Origin: an uncultured delta proteobacterium
GTDB taxonomy: Bacteria > Desulfobacterota > Desulfarculia > JACQYL01 > CAWGVV01
NCBI GenBank assembly: GCA_963826125.1
Contig: CAWGVV010000002.1
Coordinates: forward strand, 873,964-937,963
Length of the DNA: 64,000 nucleotides
Direction of reading: 5' to 3'
Made by a program: the position numbers and the translations under genes. Below the pieces are notes generated by a model, which did not search any database, was not told the DNA's origin, and saw nothing but the letters and a program-made list of their open reading frames with translations. The first letter of the stretch is position 1. Every line of letters begins with the position of its first letter. Of this stretch, positions 37,001 to 46,135 are shown in pieces.

Positions 37001-38536
37001 TCAGGCCACGCGTTTTTCCCGCGTTGCGATAACCACTTCGGCCGCCCGCGCTGCGGCGCTCGAAGCCTGCGCCACCGACTCCGGAATGTCCATGGGGGCT
37101 TGGGCGCATCCGCACACGAAGATTCCTTCCCGGCTCGTGTTCAGCGGGTCCACCGAACTGGTCCGGATGAAACGGTACTCATCGAGTTCCACATCGAGGA
37201 CCTCGGCGAGTTTTTCGATTCCGGCGGGGGGCACGCAGGCGGTGGCCAGCACCACCATGTCGACCTCCATGGATTTCACCTGCCGCTCGCGGGTATCTTC
37301 GTACCAGACGAGAGGATTATGGTTTTCGCCCTCGGTAATTTCGGCCACCCGGCCCCGGATGTAGGTAATGCCGCTGTCGCGGCCGCCGCGCACCTTGTAC
37401 TCCTCAAATCCCTTGCCCACGGCGCGGATGTCCATGCCGAAGACGAAGGATTGCGTGCGATGCTCGTGCTCGCGGGCGATGATGGCTTCCTTGACCGAAT
37501 GCATGCAGCAGTAGCCGGAGCAGAAAGAATTGAAGCGAAAGTCGCGGCTGCCCACGCACTGGATGAACGCCAGCCGAGTGGCCACGTCGAAGTGAGCCGC
37601 CACCGCTTCCAGTTCATGGAGCCGTTTCTCCGAAGCCGTGTGTTCCCGTGAAGCGTTGAGCAATTCCTGCTCGTCCGGCGAAAGGCCGCCCTCCCCGCCC
37701 TCGGCCTTCTTCTCCAGGTCCGCGGCCGGTACTTGAGCCTTCTTTTCCAGCCGCTCGACATTCTTGGTCGATTTGGAAACCTTTTTCTTGAGTTCCTCGA
37801 TTTCCACCTCGGCCTTCATGTCCGAAGGCCGGTCCAGGTGTCCGCCCGTGGGACCGCTGGCGCTCAGCAGCCGCTCGAATTCCATGGCGGTGACCACGTT
37901 GTCGATTCTTCCGTAGCCGTACTCGGGAATAATGGAGGGATCGAACACGTCGTAGCCCGTGGAGACGACGATGGCGCCCACCTCAAGGGTGACGATGGTG
38001 TCGGTCTGTTCGAAATCAACCGCCCCGGCCTGGCAGACCTTGGCGCACACGCCGCACTTTTTCCCCTGGCCCAGTTGGCGGCAGTGTTCGGCATCGATGG
38101 TGAAGACGGAAGGGATTCCCTGAGCGAAGTACTTGTAAATGGCCTTGCGCTCTCCAAATCCTTCGTTGTAGGCATCCACGACCGACGTAGGGCACTTTTC
38201 GGCGCACGATCCGCATCCCGTGCAGCGGCTGTCGTTTACGTAGCGTGCCTTTCTGCGTACGGTGACCGTGAAGTTCCCGGCGCTGCCCTCGATCTTCTCC
38301 ACCTCGCTGTAGGCCATCAACTCAATGTTGGGATGCCGACCGGCATCCAGCAGCTTCGGCGAGAGAATTCAGATGGCGCAGTCGTTGGTGGGGAAGGTCT
38401 TGTCCAGTTGAGCCATCTTCCCGCCGATGCTGGGAAGCTTCTCCACCAGTTTCACCTTGAGTCCCATTTCCGCCAGATCCAGAGAACTCTGAATGCCGGC
38501 GATGCCTCCGCCTATTACCAGAACATCCTGACTCAC
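37001..38536 (-). CDS. hdrA: heterodisulfide reductase subunit A (HdrA), selenocysteine-containing: in-frame UGA at 38369..38371
   Basis: N-terminus [16 protein letters not shown] (FAD fold), then [33 protein letters not shown] continuous through the UGA at the position where Sec-type HdrA carries selenocysteine; GTG start with GGAGG RBS; the track splits the gene at the UGA. Confidence 0.85.
38331..38348 (-). promoter_or_regulatory. SECIS-like hairpin GGAUGCC-GGUC-GGCAUCC starting 20 nt 3' of the hdrA UGA
   Basis: perfect 7-bp stem with GGUC apical loop, like the E. coli fdhF SECIS apical loop. Confidence 0.6.
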
Positions 38537-38539
38537 GTC

Positions 38540-39661
38540 TTATGCCTCCAAAAGATTTTCCGCCAAAAGGTCCGTCAGTTCCTTCACCTCGATACCGAGA
38601 TCGAAGGACTTGTTGGAACAGCTGAAATGAATGGCGCACTTGGGGCAGGCCGTGACGATGGTTTCCGCTCCCGTGCTCTTTGCTTCCTCCAGCCGTTCCA
38701 CCTGGATGGACTTCGAACAGCTCGTGCAATTCATCCAGGCCGAGGTGCCGCAGCACACGCCGTTTTCCCGGTTGCGTTCCATTTCCACCAGTTCCACGCC
38801 GGGAATTTTGCGGATCAGCTCCCTCGGCTGCTCATAGATGTGGCTCATGCGGCCCAACCGGCATGGATCGTGATAGGTGACCTTCTTCCGGGCCGGCTTC
38901 AGCTTCAGTTCTCCGTCGGCGCTGGAAAGCAAATCGTTGATTTGTACGATTTCCACTCCCAGGTCCCCCACATAGCGTGGGTAGTATTCCCTGAACGTGT
39001 GGTAGCCCTCCGGACAGCTGAAGACCACCCGTTTGACTCCCGATTTCCGGATCGTGTCCGCGTTGCGCTGCGCGAGTTTCTTGAACGTCTCTTCGTCGCC
39101 GTTCCACAGGGCATCGTGCCCGCAGCACCGTTCGTCCGGGCTGACCAGCGGTTCTATCCCCATGGCATTGAGGAGCTTTACCACGTTGCGCGCACCATTG
39201 ACGGCCCCGGCCTCGATGTCCCGGAACACGATGTCGAAATAGGGACGGCAGCCCACGAAGTACATCGTGTCGCCGGCGGGATTGACCCGAACGGACCCGT
39301 CGATCCAACCGATTCGGTTCTGCCTTTGATCGCTGCAGTGCAGGGCCATGATGGACTGCATGATGCCGTGATGGGCGGGCGTGCCGGTGATCCCCCGCAG
39401 CGTGGCTTCGTCGCGGATAAGGCGGATGAACTCGGGAAAGTTGATGTTGGCCGGGCATCGTTCGAAACACCGGGAGCAGGTGAGGCAGCTCCAGATGGTT
39501 TCGTCGGAGATGTCTTCCAGATCGTAGAGGCTGCGCTCCACGATGAGTCGGGGGGAGAAATCGGGAAATACCCTGCTCACCGGACAGCTGCCGGTGCATA
39601 CGCCGCAATCCAGACAATAATACGTCTGGGTCTGTTCGATCAGTCGTTCGATGACGCTCAT
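38540..39661 (-). CDS. heterodisulfide-reductase-related Fe-S protein (HdrD-like / fused HdrC-HdrB type): 2x[4Fe-4S] plus two CCG cysteine-rich domains
   Basis: CLDCGVCTGSCP and CLTCSRCFERCP ferredoxin motifs; CCG-type motifs (CCGHD…, PCRLGR…, CCGTS…); ATG at MSVIERL is 1 nt after the mvhD stop. Confidence 0.8.
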   Translation of the reverse strand: MSVIERLIEQTQTYYCLDCGVCTGSCPVSRVFPDFSPRLIVERSLYDLEDISDETIWSCLTCSRCFERCPANINFPEFIRLIRDEATLRGITGTPAHHGIMQSIMALHCSDQRQNRIGWIDGSVRVNPAGDTMYFVGCRPYFDIVFRDIEAGAVNGARNVVKLLNAMGIEPLVSPDERCCGHDALWNGDEETFKKLAQRNADTIRKSGVKRVVFSCPEGYHTFREYYPRYVGDLGVEIVQINDLLSSADGELKLKPARKKVTYHDPCRLGRMSHIYEQPRELIRKIPGVELVEMERNRENGVCCGTSAWMNCTSCSKSIQVERLEEAKSTGAETIVTACPKCAIHFSCSNKSFDLGIEVKELTDLLAENLLEA

Positions 39662-39662
39662 A

Positions 39663-40127
39663 TCAAGCCGCCTTGGCATGGGACGGCCCGAGGGAGCGCA
39701 CCTGATCGGTGAACTGGCGAGCCGTTTCGGCAAATTTAGGACCTTCCGCGGAGGAGATCCATTCCAGTTTCACCCGGCCTTCTTCGATTCCCAGCACGCT
39801 CAACAGGTCTTTGACCTGTTCCATGGTGGCCTTGCACTTAACATTACCATCCAGGTAATGACAGTCGCCGATGTGTCAGCCGGCCACCAGCACGCCGTCC
39901 GCCCCCTTGGCGAACGAACGCAGGATGAAGTTGGGGTTGATCCGCCCTGTGCACATGACCCGGATGATCCGCATGGAGGCGGGATACTGCAGCCGGCTCA
40001 CGCCCGCCAGATCCGCGCCGGCGTATGCACACCAGTTGCAGCAGAACGCCAGGATTTTGGGAGCAAATTCATCAGACATATTCAATTCCGTATATGAGGA
40101 ATGGTTCGTTTCGCCGCGAGTCGTCAT
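39663..40127 (-). CDS. mvhD: methyl-viologen-reducing hydrogenase delta-subunit-like protein (MvhD), selenocysteine-containing: in-frame UGA at 39876..39878
   Basis: …[18 protein letters not shown]…MCTGRINP…[20 protein letters not shown]… = the GCHxGDCHY motif with the first Cys replaced by UGA; ORF continues 70 codons to TGA at 39663..39665; start ATG at 40127 or 40079. Confidence 0.75.
39842..39860 (-). promoter_or_regulatory. SECIS-like hairpin CAUUACC-UGGAU-GGUAAUG starting 15 nt 3' of the mvhD UGA
   Basis: perfect 7-bp stem read directly. Confidence 0.5.
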
Positions 40128-40382
40128 CCTCGACAAGAGTTAGACCGAAGATATCATTCACAGGTTGAGTTTTCTGTTTTTTTTATGAACAGAATAAGCG
40201 CAGAGAGTACACTATACGGAGGCGGGGGGAATCTGTCAAGCAAGGTTTAATTAAGTGATATCGCGTGTTTTATCGGTAAGTATTCCACTCCGACGCCGGA
40301 TGTTTCGCCACGGTTCACGATTGATTTACCGTTCTTGCAGGGGCAAATGGCCGTTTGTCCCATCGTTAAGCAGCATACGACG

Positions 40383-41183
40383 TCACCCGTTCAGCTCCCG
40401 CTCCAGCAGGGAAAAAAAGGGCGTCCGACCCAACCGCTCCCGCCACGGACGATGGCCGCACCGGTCCAGCAGATGGAAGCGGAACGTTTTTACCACGCGG
40501 CTCAACGGTTCCTTCACGCCTTCCGGCGGGTGCGGATCATACGCACCATGGATCGCAACCACCGGACAATCGATCCGTTTCGCCCGGTCCAGCAAGGCTC
40601 CGCTCCTGCGTAGTTCGGCAGCCTCCGTCCATACCCCGGCGAAGACGTCCGGGCTCGCAACGACGGCGACGGATTCGTCCGGTTCGTCCGGCAGTGGATC
40701 GAAGGAATCGGTTTTGGCCGCCAATGCTCCCAACCGATCCAGGGCTGCCTGTTTTCCCTGCGTCCCCTGCGTGCCCAGGATTTCCACGGCTCGATTGAAT
40801 TCGAGCCGCTCCGATTCGTCGAGGCGGGACAGCCTGTTCGCCTGAACCTTTGCGGCATATTTTTCCTCGAACGGCCCACTCGACACCAGAACAAGCTGTT
40901 TCACCAGTGCGGGATACCGAGCCGTAAGGAGAACGCAGAGCCAGGCCCCCCAGGAATACCCGATAAGCGACATTGGAATATCGCCGTTCTCTTCCAGGAC
41001 CGATCGTAGTTCCTCAATCTGTCCGTTGACGGACGCCGCCGTCTGCAACGGTTCCAGAACCCCCCGGCGGGAACCGAGCCGGCGGGCCACTTCGGCCATC
41101 TCGCCTGCGGCACCGGGGCCTCCGTGCACGACCGCAACCGAAAACGGCGCAGCCCCATACTTCCGCTTGTTCGATCGTTCCAT
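40383..41183 (-). CDS. alpha/beta-fold hydrolase
   Basis: nucleophile elbow GYSWG and HG…D/H arrangement typical of the fold. Confidence 0.7.
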   Translation of the reverse strand: MERSNKRKYGAAPFSVAVVHGGPGAAGEMAEVARRLGSRRGVLEPLQTAASVNGQIEELRSVLEENGDIPMSLIGYSWGAWLCVLLTARYPALVKQLVLVSSGPFEEKYAAKVQANRLSRLDESERLEFNRAVEILGTQGTQGKQAALDRLGALAAKTDSFDPLPDEPDESVAVVASPDVFAGVWTEAAELRRSGALLDRAKRIDCPVVAIHGAYDPHPPEGVKEPLSRVVKTFRFHLLDRCGHRPWRERLGRTPFFSLLERELNG

Positions 41184-41401
41184 TATTGTGTCGGTATTCT
41201 TTACAGTTTTTGTTTTTTCCGGAATGTCGCAGCCTTACCCGCAAAGCACAAAGTAATCATATGGCACGTTCGGTCCGGAAGCGCAACCGATCGAGCCCGT
41301 CTTTCTGCCGTCGGAATGGACTCGTTTCTTTTTGACAATGCTGGTATGGTTGGTTAGAAAGAATTTGTCGGCCAAAAACGGGGAAGAGGAGGAAATTCAT
41401 C

Positions 41402-41809
41402 GTGAAAATCAAACGCATTGCACATATCGGCGTGGCCTGCATGAACAATGAGTCCGTGAAGAAACTCTACGTGGACGGCCTCGATCTCAATCTGGACCGT
41501 GAAGAAGAGGTAGGGGAACTGAAAGTCTCCTTTGTCCCGGTGGGCGAAACGAACATCGAGCTGGTCCAGTCGACGCGGGAAGACGGCGTCATCGCCAAGT
41601 TCGTGGGAAAGAAGGGCGAAGGCATCCACCACATCGCCTTTGAAGTCGAGGACATCGAAGCAGCGCTTGCGGAACTGAAGGCCAAGGGCGTGCAACTCAT
41701 CGACGAAAAGCCCAAACCCGGCGCCCATAACGCGCGAGTGGCGTTCCTCCACCCCAAGGCGACGCACGGAGTGTTGCTGGAGCTGGTTGAATATCCCAAG
41801 GGTCATTAG
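41402..41809 (+). CDS. methylmalonyl-CoA epimerase (VOC/glyoxalase-family)
   Basis: 135 aa, IAHIGVA…GEGIHHIAFEVEDIEAA…HGVLLELVE pattern; GTG start with GGAGG RBS. Confidence 0.75.
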   Translation: MKIKRIAHIGVACMNNESVKKLYVDGLDLNLDREEEVGELKVSFVPVGETNIELVQSTREDGVIAKFVGKKGEGIHHIAFEVEDIEAALAELKAKGVQLIDEKPKPGAHNARVAFLHPKATHGVLLELVEYPKGH

Positions 41810-41890
41810 CATATTGTATATTGGGTAAGTATGAAGAGGAGAAAAGCCTCTTGGATACGTTTTTTCAAGACGAGGACGAGGATTGCCATC

Positions 41891-42736
41891 ATGTGGGAAT
41901 ACACCGAAAAGGTGAAGAATTATTTTGAAAATCCCAAGAACGTCGGGGAAGTGGACAATGCCGACGGGGTAGGGGAAGTCGGATCGCTGGCCTGCGGCGA
42001 TGCACTGCGGTTGACGTTCAAGCTGGACGACGGAGGGCGCATCGAGGACGCCAAGTTCCAGACCTTCGGCTGTGCCAGTGCCATCGCTTCCTCGTCGGCG
42101 CTGACCGAGATGATCGTGGGCAAGACGCTGGAAGAAGCCGCCAAGATCACCAACAAGGACATCGTGGATTACCTCGGTGGGCTGCCCAAGGAGAAGATGC
42201 ACTGCTCGGTCATGGGCATGGAAGCGCTCCAGGCGGCCATCGCCAATTACCGGGGCGAAAAGCCTCCCAAGGAGGAAGGGGAGGTCATCTGCAAGTGCTT
42301 CGGCATCACCGACAGGGAAATCGAACGGGTGGTGCGCGAAAACAAGCTGACTACCCGTGAGGAAGTGACCAACTATACCAAGGCGGGCGGCGGCTGCGAG
42401 TCGTGCCACGAGAAAATCCAGGCCATTATCGATCGTGTGCTGGAAGAGCAGAAGTCGGAAGATCTTCGCCGTCAGGTGAAGACCGGCCGCAGGCTCACCA
42501 ATATCCAGAAGATCAAGCTGATCGAGGAAACCCTGGAACGGGAAGTGCGGCCCGCCTTGGAATCCGACGGCGGCAGCATCGAACTGATCGACGTGGACGG
42601 CAATACGGTCTATGTGGCCCTGCGCGGAGCCTGCTCTTCCTGCAGCGCGGCACAGGTGACGCTCAAGGACTACGTCCAGGCCAAGCTGCGGGAACTCGTC
42701 ACCGACGATCTGGTGGTTGAGGAGGCACGATCATGA
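41891..42736 (+). CDS. nifU: NifU-type Fe-S cluster scaffold (IscU-like N-domain + BFD-like [2Fe-2S] + NifU C-domain)
   Basis: LACGDALRL, FQTFGCASAIASS, CKCFGITD…CESC, C-terminal CSSC; ATG at MWEYTEK. Confidence 0.85.
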   Translation: MWEYTEKVKNYFENPKNVGEVDNADGVGEVGSLACGDALRLTFKLDDGGRIEDAKFQTFGCASAIASSSALTEMIVGKTLEEAAKITNKDIVDYLGGLPKEKMHCSVMGMEALQAAIANYRGEKPPKEEGEVICKCFGITDREIERVVRENKLTTREEVTNYTKAGGGCESCHEKIQAIIDRVLEEQKSEDLRRQVKTGRRLTNIQKIKLIEETLEREVRPALESDGGSIELIDVDGNTVYVALRGACSSCSAAQVTLKDYVQAKLRELVTDDLVVEEARS

Positions 42737-43911
42737 AAACCGTCTATCTCGACAACAACGCCACCACGCGCACCGCTCCCGAAGTGGTGGAGGCCATGCT
42801 GCCCTACTTCCACGATCTGTACGGGAATCCGTCCAGCATGCATTCGTTCGGGGGCCAGGTGGCCAGGGAAGTGGAGAAAGCCCGGGAAAGCGTAGCGGCA
42901 CTCCTCGGCGCGCAGCCCGATGAGATCATCTTCACCAGCTGCGGCACGGAGAGTGACAACACATCCTTCTGGGCGGCGCTGGAGTCGTATCCCAATCGCC
43001 GCCACATCGTCACCACACGGGTGGAACACCCGGCGGTGCTCAACGTGGCCAAGTTCTGGGAAAAGAAGGGCTACCGGGTCACCTATCTGCCCGTGGACCG
43101 CGAAGGCAACCTGGACATGGCGGCGGCCGAGGCGGCCATCACCGAGGACACGGCCCTGGTAAGCATCATGTGGGCCAACAACGAGACGGGCGTGATTTTC
43201 GACGTCGAGCGGCTGGCCGAAAAAGCCAAGGCCAAGGGCGTGACGTTTCATACCGACGGCGTCCAGGCGGTGGGGAAAATCCCGATCGACATGGCGGGCA
43301 ACCACATCGACCTGCTCTCCCTTTCCGGACACAAGCTGCACACCCCCAAGGGCATCGGCGTGCTTTTCGTCCGCAAGGGAACCCGGTTCGCTCCGCTCAT
43401 GATGGGCGGGCACCAGGAGCACGGCCGCCGCGGCGGCACGGAGAACGTTCCTTACATCGTGGGCATGGGAGTCGCGAGCCGGCTCGCCGCCGCGCACATG
43501 AAAGAGGAAAACACCCGCGTCAAGGCGCTGCGCGACAGGCTGGCCGAGGGCATATTCGCGTCCATTCCCAACGTGTATCTGAACGGGAACAAGGAACACT
43601 CGCTGCCCAACACCGTGAACGTCTCCTTCGAATTCGTGGAGGGCGAATCCATCCTCCTGCTACTGAACAATCTGGGCATTTGCGCTTCTTCCGGATCGGC
43701 CTGCACGTCCGGGTCGCTGGAGCCTTCGCACGTCCTGCGGGCCATGGGGGTTCCCTTCACCGCGGCCCACGGGTCCATCCGTTTCAGCCTGAGCATCTAC
43801 AACACGGAAGAAGAGATCGATTTCGTGCTGGAACACCTGCCGGGCATCATCGAGCGTCTGCGCGCCATATCGCCTTTCTGGAGCGATCACCTCAAAAGGG
43901 CGGCTCGCTGA
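42733..43911 (+). CDS. nifS: cysteine desulfurase NifS/IscS type
   Basis: class-V aminotransferase with SGHKLHTPKG PLP-Lys region and SSGSACTS active Cys; overlaps nifU stop by 4 nt. Confidence 0.9.
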   Translation: MKTVYLDNNATTRTAPEVVEAMLPYFHDLYGNPSSMHSFGGQVAREVEKARESVAALLGAQPDEIIFTSCGTESDNTSFWAALESYPNRRHIVTTRVEHPAVLNVAKFWEKKGYRVTYLPVDREGNLDMAAAEAAITEDTALVSIMWANNETGVIFDVERLAEKAKAKGVTFHTDGVQAVGKIPIDMAGNHIDLLSLSGHKLHTPKGIGVLFVRKGTRFAPLMMGGHQEHGRRGGTENVPYIVGMGVASRLAAAHMKEENTRVKALRDRLAEGIFASIPNVYLNGNKEHSLPNTVNVSFEFVEGESILLLLNNLGICASSGSACTSGSLEPSHVLRAMGVPFTAAHGSIRFSLSIYNTEEEIDFVLEHLPGIIERLRAISPFWSDHLKRAAR

Positions 43912-43924
43912 TGGACGTGCGGGC

Positions 43925-44863
43925 ATGATAAGCGTTTCGACGAGCTGGTGTTCCGAGCAGGCACGGGACGGCGACGATTTGTTGCGCGCGTTGGAACAGG
44001 TCGGCGCCGACGCAGTGGAGCTGGAATACCGCATCACGAGTCCGTTGTGGAACGAAGCGTACCCCGCTTTCAAAGAGCGGCGCTTTACGGTGAGTTCCAT
44101 CCACAACTACTTTCCCCTGCCCACGGAATTCGGCCTGGAAAGGGCTTCCGGCGATTTGTTCAATCTCGCCTCGGAAGACGGTGACGTGCGGGACAGGGGA
44201 GTGGAACTGACCGTTCGTACCATGGAACAGGCCAACGATCTGGAAGTGGAACGTGTGGTGCTCCACTGCGGCTACCTCGAAAACATGGTCCCCTTGAGCA
44301 ACGAACTGCGGGCCGTGGTGGAAAAGGGGGATGCCAAGGCCAAGGGTGTTCTGGCGGAACTGCTGGAGGACCGGGCACGGAAAGGACGCCGGGGAATGGA
44401 CCGGCTCAAGTTCAGCCTGGAAAAGCTGCTGGGGAAAGCGGAGCGGCTGGGCGTGAGGCTGGGACTGGAAAACCGGGACTGGATTCGCCAATTGCCGGAC
44501 ATCGAGGAGATGGGGACGTTGCTCGACCTCTTCGACGGGGCGCCCGTCGGCTTCTGGTTCGACGTGGGCCACGGGGTCAAATTCGAACGCTACGGCATCT
44601 GTGCCGCCCGCGACTGGCTGGAACGCTTCGGCAAGCGGCTGCTCGGCGTACATGTCCACGACGTGGAACATTTCAAAGACCATCTGCCGCCGGGCAAGGG
44701 GGACGTCGATCTGGCGGCGCTGTTCGCCGGAGTGGACGGTTCCTTTACGCGAGTGGTGGAAATACTGCCGGGCACGAGCGCCGGGGACGTGCGCGAGGGG
44801 ATTGAAGTAACACGCGAATTATTCAGGGTAAAGGTTCCAACGGGCGGGAGTCGGAAGCAATGA
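43925..44863 (+). CDS. sugar phosphate isomerase/epimerase (xylose-isomerase-like TIM barrel) family protein
   Basis: AP_endonuc_2-type composition (VVLHCGY…LGLEN…FDVGH…HVHD). Confidence 0.65.
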   Translation: MISVSTSWCSEQARDGDDLLRALEQVGADAVELEYRITSPLWNEAYPAFKERRFTVSSIHNYFPLPTEFGLERASGDLFNLASEDGDVRDRGVELTVRTMEQANDLEVERVVLHCGYLENMVPLSNELRAVVEKGDAKAKGVLAELLEDRARKGRRGMDRLKFSLEKLLGKAERLGVRLGLENRDWIRQLPDIEEMGTLLDLFDGAPVGFWFDVGHGVKFERYGICAARDWLERFGKRLLGVHVHDVEHFKDHLPPGKGDVDLAALFAGVDGSFTRVVEILPGTSAGDVREGIEVTRELFRVKVPTGGSRKQ

Positions 44864-45462
44864 ACGTCCTGGTGGTCCTTGGACATCCGGACGAAAAGAG
44901 TTTCAATCACGCCATTGCCGGGAGGGTGGTCGAAGAATTGAAAAACCTCGGCCATGTCGTGCTGACGCATGACCTGTATCGAGAGCGCTTCGATCCCGCT
45001 CTTTCGGCCCATGAGATCCCCCGCAGTGCCGCACTTGAACCGACCGTTGCCCGGCACTGCGAAGAGCTTGCCGCGGCGGACGGCATTGTCGTGATACACC
45101 CCAACTGGTGGGGGCAACCCCCGGCGGTGCTCAAGGGGTGGGTGGACCGGGTGATCCGGCCCGGAGTGGCATATGAGTTCAGGGAAGGAGACCAGGGAGA
45201 GGGCGTACCCGTAGGATTGCTGAAAGCAAAGGCGGCCGTGATCTTCAACACGTCCAACACCCCCCGGAGTCGGGAAACGGCCGTATTCGGCGACCCCCTG
45301 GAAACGTTGTGGAAGAATTGCATCTTCGGATTGTGCGGGATATCCACCGTTCATCGCCGGACATTCGGAGTGATGGTCACCAGTACCGCACAGGAGCGGG
45401 CATGCTGGCTCGATGAAGCAGGGCGGATGATTTGGGACGTCTTCCCGAAGCACGGCGGATAA
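44860..45462 (+). CDS. NAD(P)H-dependent oxidoreductase, flavodoxin-like fold (NQO1/Flavodoxin_2 family)
   Basis: MNVLVVLGHPDEKSFNHA…GIVVIHPNWWGQPPAVLKGWVDRV pattern; 4-nt overlap with upstream gene. Confidence 0.7.
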   Translation: MNVLVVLGHPDEKSFNHAIAGRVVEELKNLGHVVLTHDLYRERFDPALSAHEIPRSAALEPTVARHCEELAAADGIVVIHPNWWGQPPAVLKGWVDRVIRPGVAYEFREGDQGEGVPVGLLKAKAAVIFNTSNTPRSRETAVFGDPLETLWKNCIFGLCGISTVHRRTFGVMVTSTAQERACWLDEAGRMIWDVFPKHGG

Positions 45463-45532
45463 ACTCCTTGCCTCATCACCGCATCCAAGCGGGAATACTG
45501 CTCCGGTGCGGGTGAGAGAGAAGGAAAGCGGA

Positions 45533-46135
45533 ATGGATCAGGGATTTACGCTGTGGCTTACCGGTCTTTCCGGCGCGGGCAAAACCACCATCGCCGGACT
45601 GGTCGAAGAGCGATTGCTGGAACTCGGCCTTCTGGCGGAAGTGCTCGACGGCCGGGAAGTTCGAAAGATGATGGGTCCGGACCCCGGCTTCGGCCCGGAA
45701 GCGCGCGAGCTGCAGGCGCGGCGGCTGACCTACGTATCGGCCCTGCTCAATCGCAACGGCGTGATTTCGATCGTAGCGGCCGTTTCCCCGATCAAATCCG
45801 TGCGCAACACGGTGCGCAGCCAGCTTCCGTTGTTTCTGGAAGTGTTCGTGGACTGCCCCATCGAAGTGTGCCGGCAGAGGGGTGCCGACGGCTTGTACGC
45901 AAGGGCCGGGAAAGGCGAAATCACTCAGGTGGCCGGGCTGGATTTTCCCTACGAACCGCCGGATAAACCTGAAGTGGTGGTTCACACCGATCGGGAAACG
46001 CCCCAGGAAAGCGCGGTGCACATTCTCCGCACGCTGGAGATTCTCTCGCTCATTCCCTCCTCCGGAGAAACGGATTACAGCGGTGAGGACGAAGAGATCA
46101 TCAAAAGGCACCTCACCGACCTCGGCTACCTTTGA
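45533..46135 (+). CDS. cysC: adenylyl-sulfate (APS) kinase
   Basis: P-loop GLSGAGKTT at N-terminus, ~200 aa, APS-kinase conserved core; ATG at MDQGFTLWLTG. Confidence 0.85.
   Translation: MDQGFTLWLTGLSGAGKTTIAGLVEERLLELGLLAEVLDGREVRKMMGPDPGFGPEARELQARRLTYVSALLNRNGVISIVAAVSPIKSVRNTVRSQLPLFLEVFVDCPIEVCRQRGADGLYARAGKGEITQVAGLDFPYEPPDKPEVVVHTDRETPQESAVHILRTLEILSLIPSSGETDYSGEDEEIIKRHLTDLGYL

Noticed and set aside
37733-39712. 659-aa plus-strand ORF across the hdr operon
   Set aside because: Antisense to hdrA and the hdrD-like gene, whose Fe-S and CCG motifs are unambiguous; no coding signal of its own.
37001-40136. Interpreting hdrA and mvhD as frameshifted or truncated pseudogenes
   Set aside because: Both interruptions are single in-frame TGA codons at the exact conserved Cys/Sec positions of known selenoprotein homologs, each followed by a stem-loop; selenocysteine recoding explains both.
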